DNA from: Antedon mediterranea
Lineage: Eukaryota > Animalia > Echinodermata
Length of the DNA: 64,000 nucleotides
Assembly (NCBI RefSeq): GCF_964355755.1
Contig: NC_092670.1
Coordinates: 38,924,388-38,988,387 of the forward strand
Reading direction: 5' to 3'
In this document: positions 1 to 13,173 of the stretch, piece by piece
Layout: each line of letters begins with the position of its first letter
How positions within the stretch are numbered: the first letter of the stretch is position 1
Translations under genes and position numbers: made by a program
Notes under the pieces: model-generated
Database searches by the model: none
Seen by the model: only the letters and a program-made list of their open reading frames with translations
What the model was told of the DNA's origin: nothing

Positions 1-1479
1 GATTAGTCATGGTGCTAGCTAGTTGAGATCTAGAAAAATAGTTGTTCAAAAGGGGACTTAAAAGCAAGATGCTAAATACTGTACATAAAAGGTAAGAGGA
101 AGGTCAACCAAATCTAGGAAGGTCAAACCAGTCAAGGATTTCTGGTTCCATGGAGAGGCATTTAGAACATCAGGACTCCGGAAGGATATGTGCTCAGGAT
201 ATGCTTGACTCTTGTGGTGGATCATTCCTTATGGAGATTAAAGAACGTTGTATGACGATGATAGGACGATCAAAACTCCTGTTATGGGTTTTCCTGTTGC
301 GAATTTTCCTAGTAGGAAGATATCATTAGGAAGTGCTTTATTGATAACATTAAACACTAACATTAAAGTTCACAGTAACAATACATTAGCACATGATTGC
401 ATGGAAGTACAGTTAGATTACCTCAATGGTGATTCTTTTCCAAGTACTTTAACTTTATGAACTTAGAAAAAGTATAGTTTTGAAGAATCTTTAAGTATGT
501 TTGGTTTACTGTATAGTGGTAAATAATTTGGAAGTTTTAGTAATACAATATTTGATCTCGAAATGTCATTCCAATTCATTTACAATAGTTATAGTAGTCA
601 TTCATTTGTTTAAATTTCAGTTGATTTCTTTGTATTGTTGAGATGGTAACCCTGTAATTTCACCCTAATTTGCATATTTAAGTTAATTTGCATATTTAAG
701 TTAATTTTCTTTACCATATCGGGATGAGTAACAGAGGTGTGATGTTGTAATTCTCAAGTTTTGATCTCCTCATCATATGTGACCACTTAAAAAAGAAAAA
801 TCTCTGTTTGCCTAGCTCAGTATCAGCAATTTTTTTTATAGCATTTTGTTCTTTTTTTTATCAGCAATTTTTGTTTGTTTCATTCAGGTATTCCCTAAAA
901 TGTTCAAAAAACTTTTCATTCAAATACAAATGGACTTTTGCTTTCTTTTTTTCTTTTTTTCTTGAACATTGCCTCGGATGATACTCCACATGATTGTTTA
1001 TTTTCTTATCTTGCTTTTGGATACCAAAGAAGAAAATAAATATACACCATACAAACCACACAACCACAACATTACAGTACATAATTAGGTCACCCATGCA
1101 GAGAATGGTAGAGTCCTCTTATGGGCTGACTTTATAAAGCAGATTGTGGTTTAGTGGAAACTATAAACAGTTGTATACACCAATCACATTGTTTGTCATA
1201 AATCACAATTCACCAGGGATACTACAATCAGGATCAAGGTAGTACTAGTACCTCCTACGTTCTGATCAATATGTGTTTTCCTTGTGTAGTTAACAGTACT
1301 ATTAAAACACACAGGTAAGTGTTGTAGTTGTGGTTGGTATAAAATACTGTATAAACTGTATTAGTAACATTACAATTACTATATTGAAGCCTAGCCTGCA
1401 ATACCACCCCAAGACTTATTTACATTAACAGTAAAATAGATAATTCCTGACAGTATAACCTTACCGCCAGAATAAAATA

Positions 1480-2270
1480 CTACCGTACCACAAAGGTAAC
1501 CGCCGTACTACCATACCATATTATTGCTAGGATAATTAGTGCCATACCGATAGGATACTACTGCTACTGTACTGCTAGGATAAAAAATACTGCCGTACCA
1601 CTCAATAGCTACTATTACTAGTACCGTACCACACCACTAGAATGACTACTAACCGCGTACCGCCTCGCTAGGAAAACAGTACTACTGTATCACTAGTACC
1701 GTACCACTAGTAGTAGTAAGTAATATACCGCTAGTACTGTACCGTACCATTAGTACTGTACCACTATTACCGTACCTTACTACTAGGGCCGTATCACTTA
1801 GACTAGTACCCTACCACTAGGACCGCACCACTAGGACCGCACCACTAGTACCGTACCACTAGTACCATACCACTAGTACCGTACCACCAGTATCGTACCA
1901 CTAGTACTGTACCACTAGAATAACTACTAGTACCGTACCATCAGTACCGTACCACTAGGATAACTACTAGTACCGTACCATCAGTACCGTACCACTACTA
2001 CCGTACCACTATTATCGTACCACTAGTATCGCACCACCAGTGCTGTACCACCAGTACCGTACCACCAGTACCGTACCACCAGTATTGTAACACTAGTACT
2101 GTACCACTAGAATAACTACAGTACTAGTACCGTACCACTAAGATAACTACTAGTACTACCGTACCACCAGTACCGATAACTACTAGTACCGTACCACTAG
2201 TACCGTACCACTAGTACCGTACCACCAGTACCGTACCACTAGGATAAGTACTACTACTACTGTACAGCTA
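1480..2270. repeat. Degenerate ~14-bp minisatellite (CTAGTACCGTACCA-like)
   Basis: Dozens of tandem variants of ctagtaccgtacca / ccagtaccgtacca with interspersed agaataacta units. Confidence 0.9.
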
Positions 2271-2595
2271 GAACGATTTCCTTTTGCAGCTGGTATATAT
2301 TCAATAGTAGTAGGCTCTCTTCATTACTACTTCCATGAATGTGATGTATGTATTGTTGGGGTCATGAACGCTAGTTGTCAACATTTGTGAAACTAACCTT
2401 GCCACCCAGCACCCCACGCCTTCCCATCTGCTTTTAAAATGTATACATTTATAGCTACCAGTTTAGTCATTATTGTCTACATTGTCTAGTGGTGGTTTCC
2501 TAAAAGCACCCTTAACCTTCTACTGTACAGCCAAGATACTATCACCATTATTCTTGTTAATCAAGGTCTATTGCAGATTATCCTATTGTCTGTGA

Positions 2596-3180
2596 ACCTG
2601 GGAATTAAATCCGTGTTTTCCTTACCTGGGAATAATCCAGACAAAATAGTCATTTTTTAAATAGGAACAATGCAGAATTGAACTGTAGAGTGGATACAGT
2701 ATTTGGCATGGAATGTAGACCTTAGTGTATATACAGTAGTGTTAACCTGAGGATATTCCAGACATAGCCACTATTGTTTTGAAAATTGGGAAAATACAGA
2801 AATTTATCATTTTCCTGACCTGGGAATAATATACTGTTTTTTCCATACTGTACCAGGGAATCCGTTTGCTCAACCTGATGTGTTAGATTATAGCAATTAC
2901 TATGATGTCTATGCTGTACATAGAAAAAGACATTATTTGAACCGTGTAAATGTGTTGTACAGTAATTGTGTATGTATAGTATACAGTATTTAGCAACCAT
3001 AGTGTTTTCCTGACCTGGGAATAATATACTGTGTTTTCCATACCTGGGAATATTAATATACTGTGTTTTCCATACCTGGGAATTCGTTTGCTTAACCTCA
3101 GAACCAATGTGTTCAATTGTAGCAATTACAGTTAGTACTGTCTATACTGTACATAGAAAAAGACATTTTTTGTACAGAAT
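2596..3180. repeat. Local duplications built on CCTGGGAAT(A)ATATACTGTGTTTTCCATA units
   Basis: Repeated cctgggaat...ttttcc motifs, plus a larger duplicated block (tagcaattac...tgtacatagaaaaagacatt at ~2891 and ~3120). Confidence 0.7.
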
Positions 3181-3181
3181 T

Positions 3182-3290
3182 TAGTATTAGTACTAGTAGT
3201 AGTATTAGTACTAGTAGTAGTATTAGTACTAGTAGTAGTATTAGTACTAGTAGTAGTATTAGTAGTAGTATTAGTACTAGTAGTAGTATT
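3182..3290. repeat. Short tandem repeat (TAGTATTAGTACTAGTAG)n
   Basis: Direct reading; about 6 units of 18 bp. Confidence 0.9.
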
Positions 3291-3297
3291 TTTAGTC

Positions 3298-3903
3298 TAG
3301 TATTTAGTGTTTGTGATGCGGTTCTTGGAATGGAACAACCAATGTGTCATAGTCATCCCAGGGTCTTGGGCAAATCTTTATAGCACTTTTAAATTTTGGC
3401 CTATATTAGTATAACACACACAAATATCTATTTGTGCAGAATAAATGTACTGTAATTGTGTACAGTACACCTAAGTATTTAGTGTTTGTGATGCGGTTTT
3501 TGAAACGGAACAACCAATGTGTCATAGTCATCCCAGGGTCTTGGGCAAATCTTTATAGCACTTTTAAATTTTGGCCTATATTAGTATAACACACACAAAT
3601 ATCTATTTGTGCAGAATAAATGTACTGTAATTGAATGTGTACAGTACACCTAAGTATTTAGTGTTTGTGATGCGGTTTTTGAAACGGAACAACCAATGTG
3701 TCATAGTCATACCAGGGTCTTGGGTAAATTTTTATAGCACTTTTAAATTTTGGCCTATATTAGTATAACAGTAACACACACAAATATCTATTTGCGCAGA
3801 ATAAATGTACTGTAATTGTGTACAGTACACCTAATAAAGTATAAGTATAAGTATTTAGTGTTTGTGATGCAGTTTTTGAAACGGAACAACCAATGTGTCA
3901 TAG
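3298..3903. repeat. ~180-bp tandem repeat, 3 full copies plus a partial copy
   Basis: agtatttagtgtttgtgatgcgg...aatgtgtcatag recurs at ~3299, ~3474, ~3654 and ~3850. Confidence 0.9.
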
Positions 3904-3967
3904 TTTTTTTCTTTCTATGAAACACCTAAAATCATAGTGTTTTACTGTACTTGTTGGATCATGCAAG

Positions 3968-3998
3968 CATAGAGATATTATACTATAATATCTCTATG
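3968..3998. mobile_element. 31-bp palindrome with 7-bp TSD; P-superfamily-like excision footprint or minimal MITE
   Basis: ATGCAAG-CATAGAGATATTATACTATAATATCTCTATG-ATGCAAG. Confidence 0.7.
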
Positions 3999-4263
3999 AT
4001 GCAAGTAAACCATAAACCTGTCAATATATTACCTTTTAACATTGTTCACTGTACCATGTTAACAAGTTTGACGTACAATACAAGATTTACCTTTTTACAC
4101 AGCCAGACACAATGTGATAGTATTCCCTATAAATAACAATGCATTGTGGATGTCATGCTATTATCAGGGAGTTGTTATTAGCAATTCCCTGCTATTATGA
4201 TTGCATTTTTCCACCACAGAATCAATGCATACAGTACATGCAATATTCTTATGTTAATTATAC

Positions 4264-4288
4264 CATAGAGATATTATAGTGATCTATG
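4264..4288. mobile_element. 25-bp CATAGAG-family footprint with 7-bp TSD
   Basis: ATTATAC-CATAGAGATATTATAGTGATCTATG-ATTATAC. Confidence 0.7.
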
Positions 4289-4454
4289 ATTATACAACCA
4301 AGTTATAAATAACAATTTTGCCATTGAAAACGGTTTACCATGACAAACACCTTTAATGCTAATAAAATGACAGGTTTTCATATTTTTAAAATTCAATGCA
4401 TAGCAGGTTTTATTTCATGATTTTTTGTGAAACTGTAACTATCAATATATTTAA

Positions 4455-4606
4455 AGCTCTGTCTAAACTATCTAGTTTGACAAAAAAAAGTGTGATGTAC
4501 CCAAATATGGTAGTGGTATGCCTAAATATGGTAGTGATATGATATGTTCATATATGAGCACGTCACATTTTTTTGTCACATAAAGTTTTGTAGTGTAGAC
4601 AAAGCT
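4455..4606. mobile_element. MITE family A (TIR AGCTCTGTCTACACTATCAAACT; TA/TWA flanks)
   Basis: Terminal inverted repeats and internal 20-bp CCAAATATGGTAGTGATATG units; 11 copies in the window. Confidence 0.85.
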
Positions 4607-7107
4607 TTAACAGTTTTTAGGATGTTTTAATTTTTTTTAAACCACCGTTTGGTATGGACTTTATTTTTTCTGCTTTTTAAATCATGTATTAATGCATTCA
4701 TGTAAATGTATATTTTTTTTAAAGTAACATTATTTTGTCTTTTTTAGTAACATTTCAACTACATTGAACTGCAATTTATAAAATAATGACTAATTTAAAG
4801 AGCAATATATTTAAATAGATTTTTAATTTAATGACCATGAATAAATAGATAGATAGATGATAATAATTCATTAATTTTGCGTTTCCTCCCACCATCATAG
4901 AGCTATGAATTGGAAATTATAGCTCCATGCTCCCACCACTTTCCTCCCCCTTCTTAAAAACGGATTGTTGTCGCCTGATTTTTTTTTATATACAATTCGT
5001 CGTAGCCACACGTGGCCAAGAAATAGCCACGAAGCTGTAATGTGGGTTACGTTGCAGTAATTTCTAATTGTACTGTAGTGCAGTAGGGACGTAGACACAT
5101 TTATAATACTGTACAATACATGGTGGAATACCCTTTGATGGGTTGTGTCGATTTTGCTGCAGATAAGGAATGGTGATTGGTTGATTGGATAATAGTCTGC
5201 TGGATTCAATGACATGATAACCCATCCATTCACTAACTCCTGACCATTACTAATGGGGTCAAAGGTTGACCATAGTCTAGAACATGGTGAAATTCACAGA
5301 TAATAAAATACTGTAATTGCCGTGGCTTATTCTAATTCATTCAGCAAACTCAGGCAATTAATTACAATTTATTTTGTTTTTGTATCTTTAATCATTAATT
5401 CTTTTATAATTGCTTTAAAGGGCTGTTCACAAATTGAATACAGTATTATTAAAAGTGATTTTGTTTCTAAAATACTATGCTTTATTAAATTAGCATTTTA
5501 GTAAATTTGTTTGTTTTACATCATTTGTCCTCAAATTTGGATTTGCTCTCTACAGACCCATGGAAGCAGTGCATATCATGATTGAAAGGCAGGGTCTGAG
5601 GTGGACCAGTACAATGGGGTGATCCCTACTGGTCTCTTCTCAAAGATGCAATGGGTTTTTTCAAAAAGATGGAAATGCCCAGTTTTAAGACCTTATCTAA
5701 GAAAACTTACAATGATGAGTATTAGATAAATAATTTACAATCATAAATAAGTCATAATAAATAATAATAGTGTAAAATGGTAGTTATTATTTGCAGATGC
5801 ATTTGATGGTATTTGTGATTTTACATTCATTTGTCTTTATTTGCAAAAGAAGGTTCTCAGTTTTGTGCAAAAATAACCGTTTTCTGTGATCACATCGTTT
5901 TTTAGCATGGACATTCCAAGCTGGTATTTTATCATGTATCCATGTGTCAGCAGCCAAAGCATCACTCCAGAACTTCCTGGAATTGTTTCATAGTTCAGGG
6001 ATCATCTTGCCACTCGACCAGACATTTCGTAAATTACAAAAAATCTGGCAACCATTCTGAAACTAAGGAATATTTATTATAGGTCACATTTTATATTCTC
6101 AGTACTTCGCTTTCAATCCTTGATGATTAAATTATGGTAAGAATACTGAAATACGATCGATTTACTTTCAGTATTAAATATAATTGTATGAGATGGTCCC
6201 TGTGATGGTTATGATTCTTACTTTCAAATATTATTGGAGTATGATTGTATTGAGGGATCCGCTCGGAAGTCTGATTGATGACAGGAAATTTGTGTATTTA
6301 ACCAGGAAACTTAAATAGGGAAATGCTTCATACCAGCACAAGCTGTCTTTATTTGGCAAAGTAAACATTAGGTTTTATTTTAAGTGCGAACACACAGCAA
6401 CGTCATCTACCGTGTGATCAGGTCGGTAAACATTACTTAATGCGCCTTTAATTATGCGCTTAGTTCATACTTAATTAACTCAAGGATCTACCATTATTAA
6501 AATTTTAAATTACGTCTTGGATCGGAACCAAGTTTTAATATGGTTCAACAGATCTGTTATCATCGCCATGTTATGTTGATGACCTAAGCTGCCTTACCTC
6601 AATGCCGATTAATAGCATTGTACGCACTGTAAAAATATTATCAGATATGTTAATGTAATTGTTATTGCATTGTTGCATAGCTCAACATTGTGCATATAAC
6701 ATAAGCCTAACATTTTTGGATTATTATATGAAATATACAATTATGTGTAAATATTGATTGGTGCATACTATATAATATAAATAGCATCCTTTGGTATTGT
6801 TATGTAAACAAAAAAAGCAGAAATATTAATATATCTTATTTAGCTATTTTTATTAGAGAATAAAGGCTGTCTCAGAATGCAATGAAGATACAGTATTAAG
6901 AAATGTACTAAATCTCCCATAAAAACATAAAATATAATTATACTATAACAATATTTATTTCTGAGTTCAGTTTAATTAATTAATGAAATTTTGGAAAGTA
7001 ATACATGTGAATATTTATGGCTTTTTCTCATGTTTTATTGCTTGAAATGAAACTAACTGTAGTCTTGTTGTATCACAAGAGTCTGAGGAACTTCCTGCAG
7101 ATAATCA

Positions 7108-7440
7108 CTGATGAACTGACGCAGGACCCATGATGCCTCACTCTATCTTATTGAGAACACAGTATACAAATTAGTATCTCATTTGCGCTTCAATATTCTT
7201 AAGAATTTCATCACTCCCTTCCTCCAAACAATTTGTTCAAATTTTAACCATGAAATAAATGAAATAAAAAATATTGTAGCCAATTTTAAATGTCATTGAT
7301 GAACTGATACATCACCCATGATGCCTCACTCTATCTTATTGAGAACACAATATGCAAATTAGTATCTCATTTGTGCTTTAATATTCATAACAATTGTTCC
7401 CTTCCTTCAAAAAATGTGTTCAAATATTGTAGCCAATTTT
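7108..7440. repeat. Local direct duplication (~130-bp core)
   Basis: gatgaactga...cccatgatgcctcactctatcttattgagaacaca...aaattagtatctcatttg occurs twice. Confidence 0.8.
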
Positions 7441-7639
7441 GTATTTTTTTTTATTAATCAAGGTCTTTGGCAATTCAGTATCCTGGACATTTGGAAGTAC
7501 ATCTTGCTCTATTGCAACATTGTGGAAATGTTTTAATTATGTAATAATCATGTGCATTTATTCTGAGAAAAGTTTTTTTGTTTTATCTTTATCTTTATAC
7601 TGGGTGATCTCTACAGTCAAAGACTGATCTCCCAGAGGG

Positions 7640-7865
7640 CCCAGTTGGTGATCAGTGGCTGTGATGTACTAATACACCGGGGTAACCCCCTACTCGTCTC
7701 GAAAGATGTACTAGGTTCTTTAAAGTGCACACGAGCAAGTTGTGTACACTGGACCTACGGTTTATAGTCCTTATCCGAGAAGACTCGTTCTACCACCAGA
7801 ACCATGGAGTGAGTGAGCCTCGAACCCCTGCCGATGTTATGGCTACGTGATTACGGTTCCACTGT
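7640..7865 (-). mobile_element. tRNA-headed SINE with Deu/Nin-like central domain
   Basis: Minus strand reads GGGTTCGAGGCTC (B-box-like), then GTCTTCTCGGATAAGGACTATAAACCGTAGGTCC...AAAGAACC...GAGTAGGGGGTTACCCCGGTGT, resembling the recalled DeuSINE/AmnSINE1 core. Confidence 0.7.
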
Positions 7866-7937
7866 CCACAATTATAGTGATGTTTTCATTACATTTTAAT
7901 TAAACATTTAGTTAAATCATGTCTTTAGACATACTAA

Positions 7938-8146
7938 AGCTCTGTCTACACCATCAAACTAGTTTGACAAAAAACAGTGTGATGTGCCCAAATATAGTAG
8001 TGATATGCCCAAATATAGTAGTGATGTGCCCAAATATAGTAGTGATATGTTTAAATATTGTAGTGATATGACATCATCATGTCCATATACAGTATGGGCA
8101 CATGACATGTTTTTGTCACATAAAATTTGATGATGTTGACAGAGCT
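7938..8146. mobile_element. MITE family A copy (expanded internal 20-bp units)
   Basis: TAA-AGCTCTGTCTACAC...GACAGAGCT-TAA. Confidence 0.85.
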
Positions 8147-8362
8147 TAATTAATTATAATATATTTCCTTTCATGTTTACAACATGTCCTTGTAGCTTGT
8201 TCAGTTTGTTGCAGGATTTCTCTTCAAAATAATCTATTTTTAGCTCAACCAACCCAAACCCTTACTTGATAATAATCAAATAATTTTGTTTTTAAATGTA
8301 AACTGCTAAAAAAAAAATATTTAAGATACTGCATTAATTTTTTTGTTAATGAAAGTACTTAA

Positions 8363-8523
8363 AGCTCTGTCTACACTATCAAACTATTTTGACAAAAAAA
8401 GTGTGATGTGGCCAAATATGGTAGTGATATTCCCAAATATGGTAGTGATATGACATCATCGTGTCCATATATGGGCACATCACATTTTTTTGTCACATAA
8501 AGTTTGATAGTGTAGACAGAGCT
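8363..8523. mobile_element. MITE family A copy
   Basis: TAA-AGCTCTGTCTACACTATCAAACT...AGTTTGATAGTGTAGACAGAGCT-TAA, perfect 23-bp TIR. Confidence 0.9.
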
Positions 8524-10518
8524 TAAGTCAGTGAAAGAAGATGGCACCATCAAATAGAAACAAATACTAACAAAAAATAGATATTAAACATAAATGTGGA
8601 TTACTGTATATAAAAAAATATTATAATTACTGTATATATTTTATTTTATTATTTCTGTGACCTGCTATAAATTTGTTTGCTAATGAATGTCAGTGAAATG
8701 AAGACGGTAGTTAAAATTCATCTTCTTAAAATAGAAACAAATAATAACAGAAAATAAACAAAAATGTGGATTCTTTTATATATTTAAAAATTTATTTTAT
8801 TTAAATATTTCTGTGACCTAATTTAATTGAACTTTCACAATCATTTTTTCAAGAAAGTCTAGGTTTTTAGGAATATATTTTGATTTCTCACGTAACGTTA
8901 AATTTGATATCACAGAAGGTGTCCGTTTGCGCACAACTAAACTTCAACATCACTAGTCTCTTATCAGTTCTTTCCACATTGCTTCTAAATTACCATGTAT
9001 TTTTTTTCTCTGAAATTCTAATTTGAATTTCTTGGATGTCTACAAGGTAAGGACATATTATTCAAAACAAACAAATTATTTTGGTCTACTATTATTTGTT
9101 GTCTGATGATTTGAAATAATAATATGATGCAATGTCACTGCAGTATGCATATTTCTGATAATAAACACATTAATTTAACATAGTACTATAGAAATTAAAT
9201 AAATAGAAAACATGGAGACACTGATATCTAGATGTAAGTAGCGTCTTTTTTATTTGCATACATTGCACGCATCAAATAGGGTAGACTGGAAATCGTACTG
9301 TTTATATCTGGATTCAGTCAGTACAGTTACTAAGTACACTTACTGTATTTGGTTCTACCTGTCACATTGCCAAACTCTTCTTTTTGTGTTGTTCTCTCTT
9401 ATTTGGAAGAGAAGAGCTAATTTTGGTTTATTAAAGATACACCACTGTTGGTAGGTGTAAATGTGAGATATCAAAATGAATATTATAAATGTTTGAACTT
9501 TGAATAAAAGGAAGAAATTTGTATCTGGTTTTCAAATTCTGTTTTGATTTTTAGTTTTTATTACCAAACAATTAATAAGATCTGTTTATTTAAAGTAATT
9601 TCATACAATTTAATTTGTTTATTAAAATTAATATAAAAATGAACAGATTAGCAGAATGTACAGTAGGAACAATTTAAATACTGTTGATCATTCTTTATTC
9701 CCTCTGGGTAAACCCAGCCATCTGATTACGCTTTGATACTTACTGTAATATTAAAATGTCTATCGTTGATTTGTTTGTTTACTAGTACTTGATATTTACG
9801 CGTAAACAGTAGTAAGGTCACGCATTACGGGAAATTCAATTTCTGGTCAGGAATTTATAAAATAACTAATTTAATTCCGTTATCTCACGAGAAATAGGCA
9901 AAGATTTGTCGATACTCTCCGGATGGGCATGTCTACCGTTTGTGTGCTGTTCGCAGTGCGTGTTCATGACTCGCTTAGTAGTTCCGTGGGGTTTTCTTGT
10001 ACGCTGTTTATAATCTGTGTTAGCGTGGGGCTCATTTCCACTTTTCACTACGGAAGCCTTTTATGAAAGTAGATCGACAGTTGCTAGGATTTTAGGAAAT
10101 GTGTTTTTAGCCTTGTGTTAATAATTCATTTGCATTGCTACTACTGTAGGTATCGTATTATATATTATATTATATTTATAATTGTTAGGACATTGTGTTA
10201 TTTAATTCTTGTTTTTGTCTAATAATATTGGTAACATTATATTTCCTCATTTTTTCAAGTTAAAAGTTAGTTTGGTGAGCTTAAGTTTAGAATAGTAGAA
10301 AGATTGGTTTTTCTATCCATTTAACTTATAAAACAAGCTTTCTGAAATAATAATTGATAAAAAAAAGTAGGAAAACAAAAGTAAGAAAGTTTGTACCTAA
10401 TAGTTTTATCATAGTTATTTTAATTTCAAGTATGTAACAGTATTATTTTTTGATTAGCAACAATTTTGAGAAAAAAATGAACAATTTTTATAAAAATACA
10501 AACAATAGTAGCAGTGTG

Positions 10519-10720
10519 GAGTTGTAGCATAGTGGTTAACATGCTTTCCATCCAATCCTAAGGTCCAGGGTTCAATACTGACCTAGTGCAAGGTTGTAAC
10601 TCATGACTTTTTTAACTTCACTCCTTAAGCCACAAATGAGACTTATTTATAAGCACGATAAATTATAAAATATTTTTTTTTGCGGTTGAATGTGTATGAA
10701 ATACAAAAATAAATTAAAAA
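10519..10720 (+). mobile_element. Degenerate tRNA-derived SINE
   Basis: A-box-like TAGCATAGTGG and B-box-like GGTTCAATAC; body similar to the copy at ~29575. Confidence 0.55.
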
Positions 10721-11633
10721 AACATACTTTTTTGTATAAAATGTTTCTGTTCACTATTTCTACTAATGACCTATCTTATTGACTCACTTCGATGTGTTAA
10801 TCCATTTCTTTGCTTTAAGTGTATGAATCAGGTTTTCCTGCTGCAAATTCTCTGAATTAAAACCTTAATTTAAAAATTAAAAATGTATTATTGATTTAAT
10901 TCTTTCTACAACCTATATTGATTCTGGCAGCAAGTTTTTACAAACGTACTGTAGTTTGGTTCTAGTAGGTAAAATGTTTCCTATTTCTATGTAATACAAA
11001 GCAAAAAAGTTTGTGACATAAATTTTAATGAAGTGTTATTTTGAGTTTACCTCAATAGTTATAACATCAGTGTTCCGTTCAGTCTTAATTAATTAAAACA
11101 CAATTGTGCCAGTAACTAAGGAACTATATAACAAGAAATTTAGAAACGATGCAATGAAATGAGCCTAAATCAAGTTTTAATGTCCATATACTATGTAAAA
11201 ATTATACTACAAAGTCATAAACTTATTGTAGTAACACTAAACTATTGTTTTCTACTAAATACATTGATAACCTATATTAAACTGTATATCATACACTGCT
11301 ACTGTGTTACACAATGTCCTATGTCTTGTGGCAACTTCTTTTCCGTTATTGGCAATCATTTACTTAAATCATGCCTTCCTACGGTACGTAATTCTACACT
11401 CTGCCTGTGCGTCAAAGTTGACAGAATAGCTAGGCCAGTTGCCAGCTTTGACAGACAGGCTTCCGTTAAGCCAAAGGAGTTGTTTACTGATGTTGGGAAT
11501 TGACATGCGGGAGCTCTTTGAATCAATTAAATGATCCTAATTAAGGGCTTACGATGCAAGGGAAGTTGGACTTCAGGAAATAAAACGATTTTAAAGAGTG
11601 AAAAGACGACGAATTGCTGATAAAATTAATGAA

Positions 11634-11935
11634 AGATGTATTGTCCCCCCCCCCCCCCCCAAAATTAATGAAATCAGACTTTAAATAGGCCATTTTGCAG
11701 TTTAAATAAAGTTATTTACTTCTGTAAAAAACAGCAAAAAAAAAAACAAAAAAAATAATTGCACTTATAAAAAGACAAAAGACCAAAAACTATCTGACAG
11801 ACAATTAAATATTTCTTGCTTTGAAATTTTTTTTTCTATCCAGTTTTGGTCAAAGTGAGTAACTATTATGCGACATTAAAATGGCATATTAAAAAAAAAA
11901 ATTGAAAAAAAAAATGTTTAGGGGACAATATATCT
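11634..11935 (+). mobile_element. MITE family C (TIR AGATGTATTGTCCCC, TTAA flank; Kolobok-like)
   Basis: agatgtattgtcccc...ggggacaatatatct-ttaa; homologous to 50966-51252. Confidence 0.75.
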
Positions 11936-12068
11936 TTAAGCAAACGATTTAAATATCATTAATGTTTATAATCGTTTATTCTTTGGGGTTGAACGAATTT
12001 CCATTTTTGTTTATTTCGGTCTTTTGAATCTTAAAAACATTGTTTTAATTTATAATTTTATTTTTCAG

Positions 12069-12119
12069 AGCAAAGAGAAGAAGTGAAATTGCTCCTTAAA
12101 GATGGGCCATCAACACAAG
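12069..12119 (+). CDS. shn: Putative upstream 51-bp coding exon of the schnurri/HIVEP gene
   Basis: Polypyrimidine+cag acceptor and aag|gtacag donor. The open frame (QREEVKLLLKDGPSTQ) ends in phase 1, matching the phase-1 acceptor at 14771. Start exon not identified. Confidence 0.55.
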
Positions 12120-12167
12120 GTACAGTATATTTTTTCTTACCAGTTATTATTGATATTATTGCCATAA

Positions 12168-12421
12168 AAGTTATATTGTTTTTTTAATAGGCCATTTTTA
12201 TGTCCAAAAACTGGATAAAAAAATAATTTAACCTGAAAAAAATGTATTTTAAGACAAAAAATACCTGAATTGTCAGACAATGGTTTTTGGTTAAAATTAA
12301 CGTTTCGTTTGTGTTTTTATAAGTGAAATAATAATTTGAATTTGAATACTTTATTAAAACTTTAAAAAGGGTCTGATTTTATTAATCTTCATTTTTCATA
12401 ATTTTGGGGGACAATACATCT
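12168..12421 (-). mobile_element. MITE family C copy, inverted relative to 11634-11935
   Basis: Interior is the reverse complement of the previous copy; ends ggggacaatacatct-ttaa; left end decayed. Confidence 0.7.
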
Positions 12422-13033
12422 TTAAAGATAAGATATAAAATTTAGTTACAGTAATATTTATCTTATAAAATTACATTAGAAAATAAAACAGGCAGAATCA
12501 CTGACAGGAATTAAATATTGAATTAAAAAATAAACCCAAATACACCTGCTTCTCAGGAATTTTGACAACCAAACATGAAAAGTTTGATTTTAAAAGACAC
12601 ACAAATCCGTAGGAAATTGTGGAGAATACTCTTATAATAAAAAAAATCCAATGAAGAATGTATTTATGGCACCAAAATGGCGTGAAAATAATGATTATAG
12701 AGTATTGACAGAAATATTATAATGACATTTGATCCACCAGTGTGAATCTAATTTTAAATCTCGTAGCAACTTTATTTATATGTCAGTAAAGCTATACAGT
12801 ATGGCTCCATAGGATTACAAGTATAAATACATTTCTAGTGGTTAGCAGACGCTCAAATCATTTTTAATGTAATATTATTAAAACTAGAATTATCGGAATC
12901 ATCCTACCTATCTAACAGTTGTTAATTATTCTCACTTACTTTTTATTGCAAGTTCAAATCCACAAAATAAATAAAAAATAGTATTCTGTACTTATGTATT
13001 AATTTGTGTGTACAGTATATGAGGGTATGCTGT

Positions 13034-13173
13034 CAGTGGCGGATCCAGGACTTTGAAATAGGGTGGCCCAGGGCCTAAAAGTAGTGAAATTGAGTACTGA
13101 ACTTATAGTTCTGTGTAAAATTTAGAGGGAACTGGGCAGGCTGGCCTCCCCTCTTCCATTGAATCCGCCCCTG
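13034..13173. mobile_element. Short hAT-like MITE
   Basis: CAGTGGCGGATCC...GAATCCGCCCCTG imperfect TIRs; no clean 8-bp TSD seen. Confidence 0.5.

Noticed and set aside
1-460. Possible exon or ORF at the window start
   Set aside because: No recognisable protein or convincing splice pair; context lies outside the window.
9212-9240. ATG...gtaagt as the schnurri start exon
   Set aside because: Splicing to 12069 would create TAG and splicing to 14771 would create TAA.
10519-10590. tRNA gene
   Set aside because: A and B boxes are present but I could not build a cloverleaf, and it continues into a body shared with 29575; treated as a SINE head.
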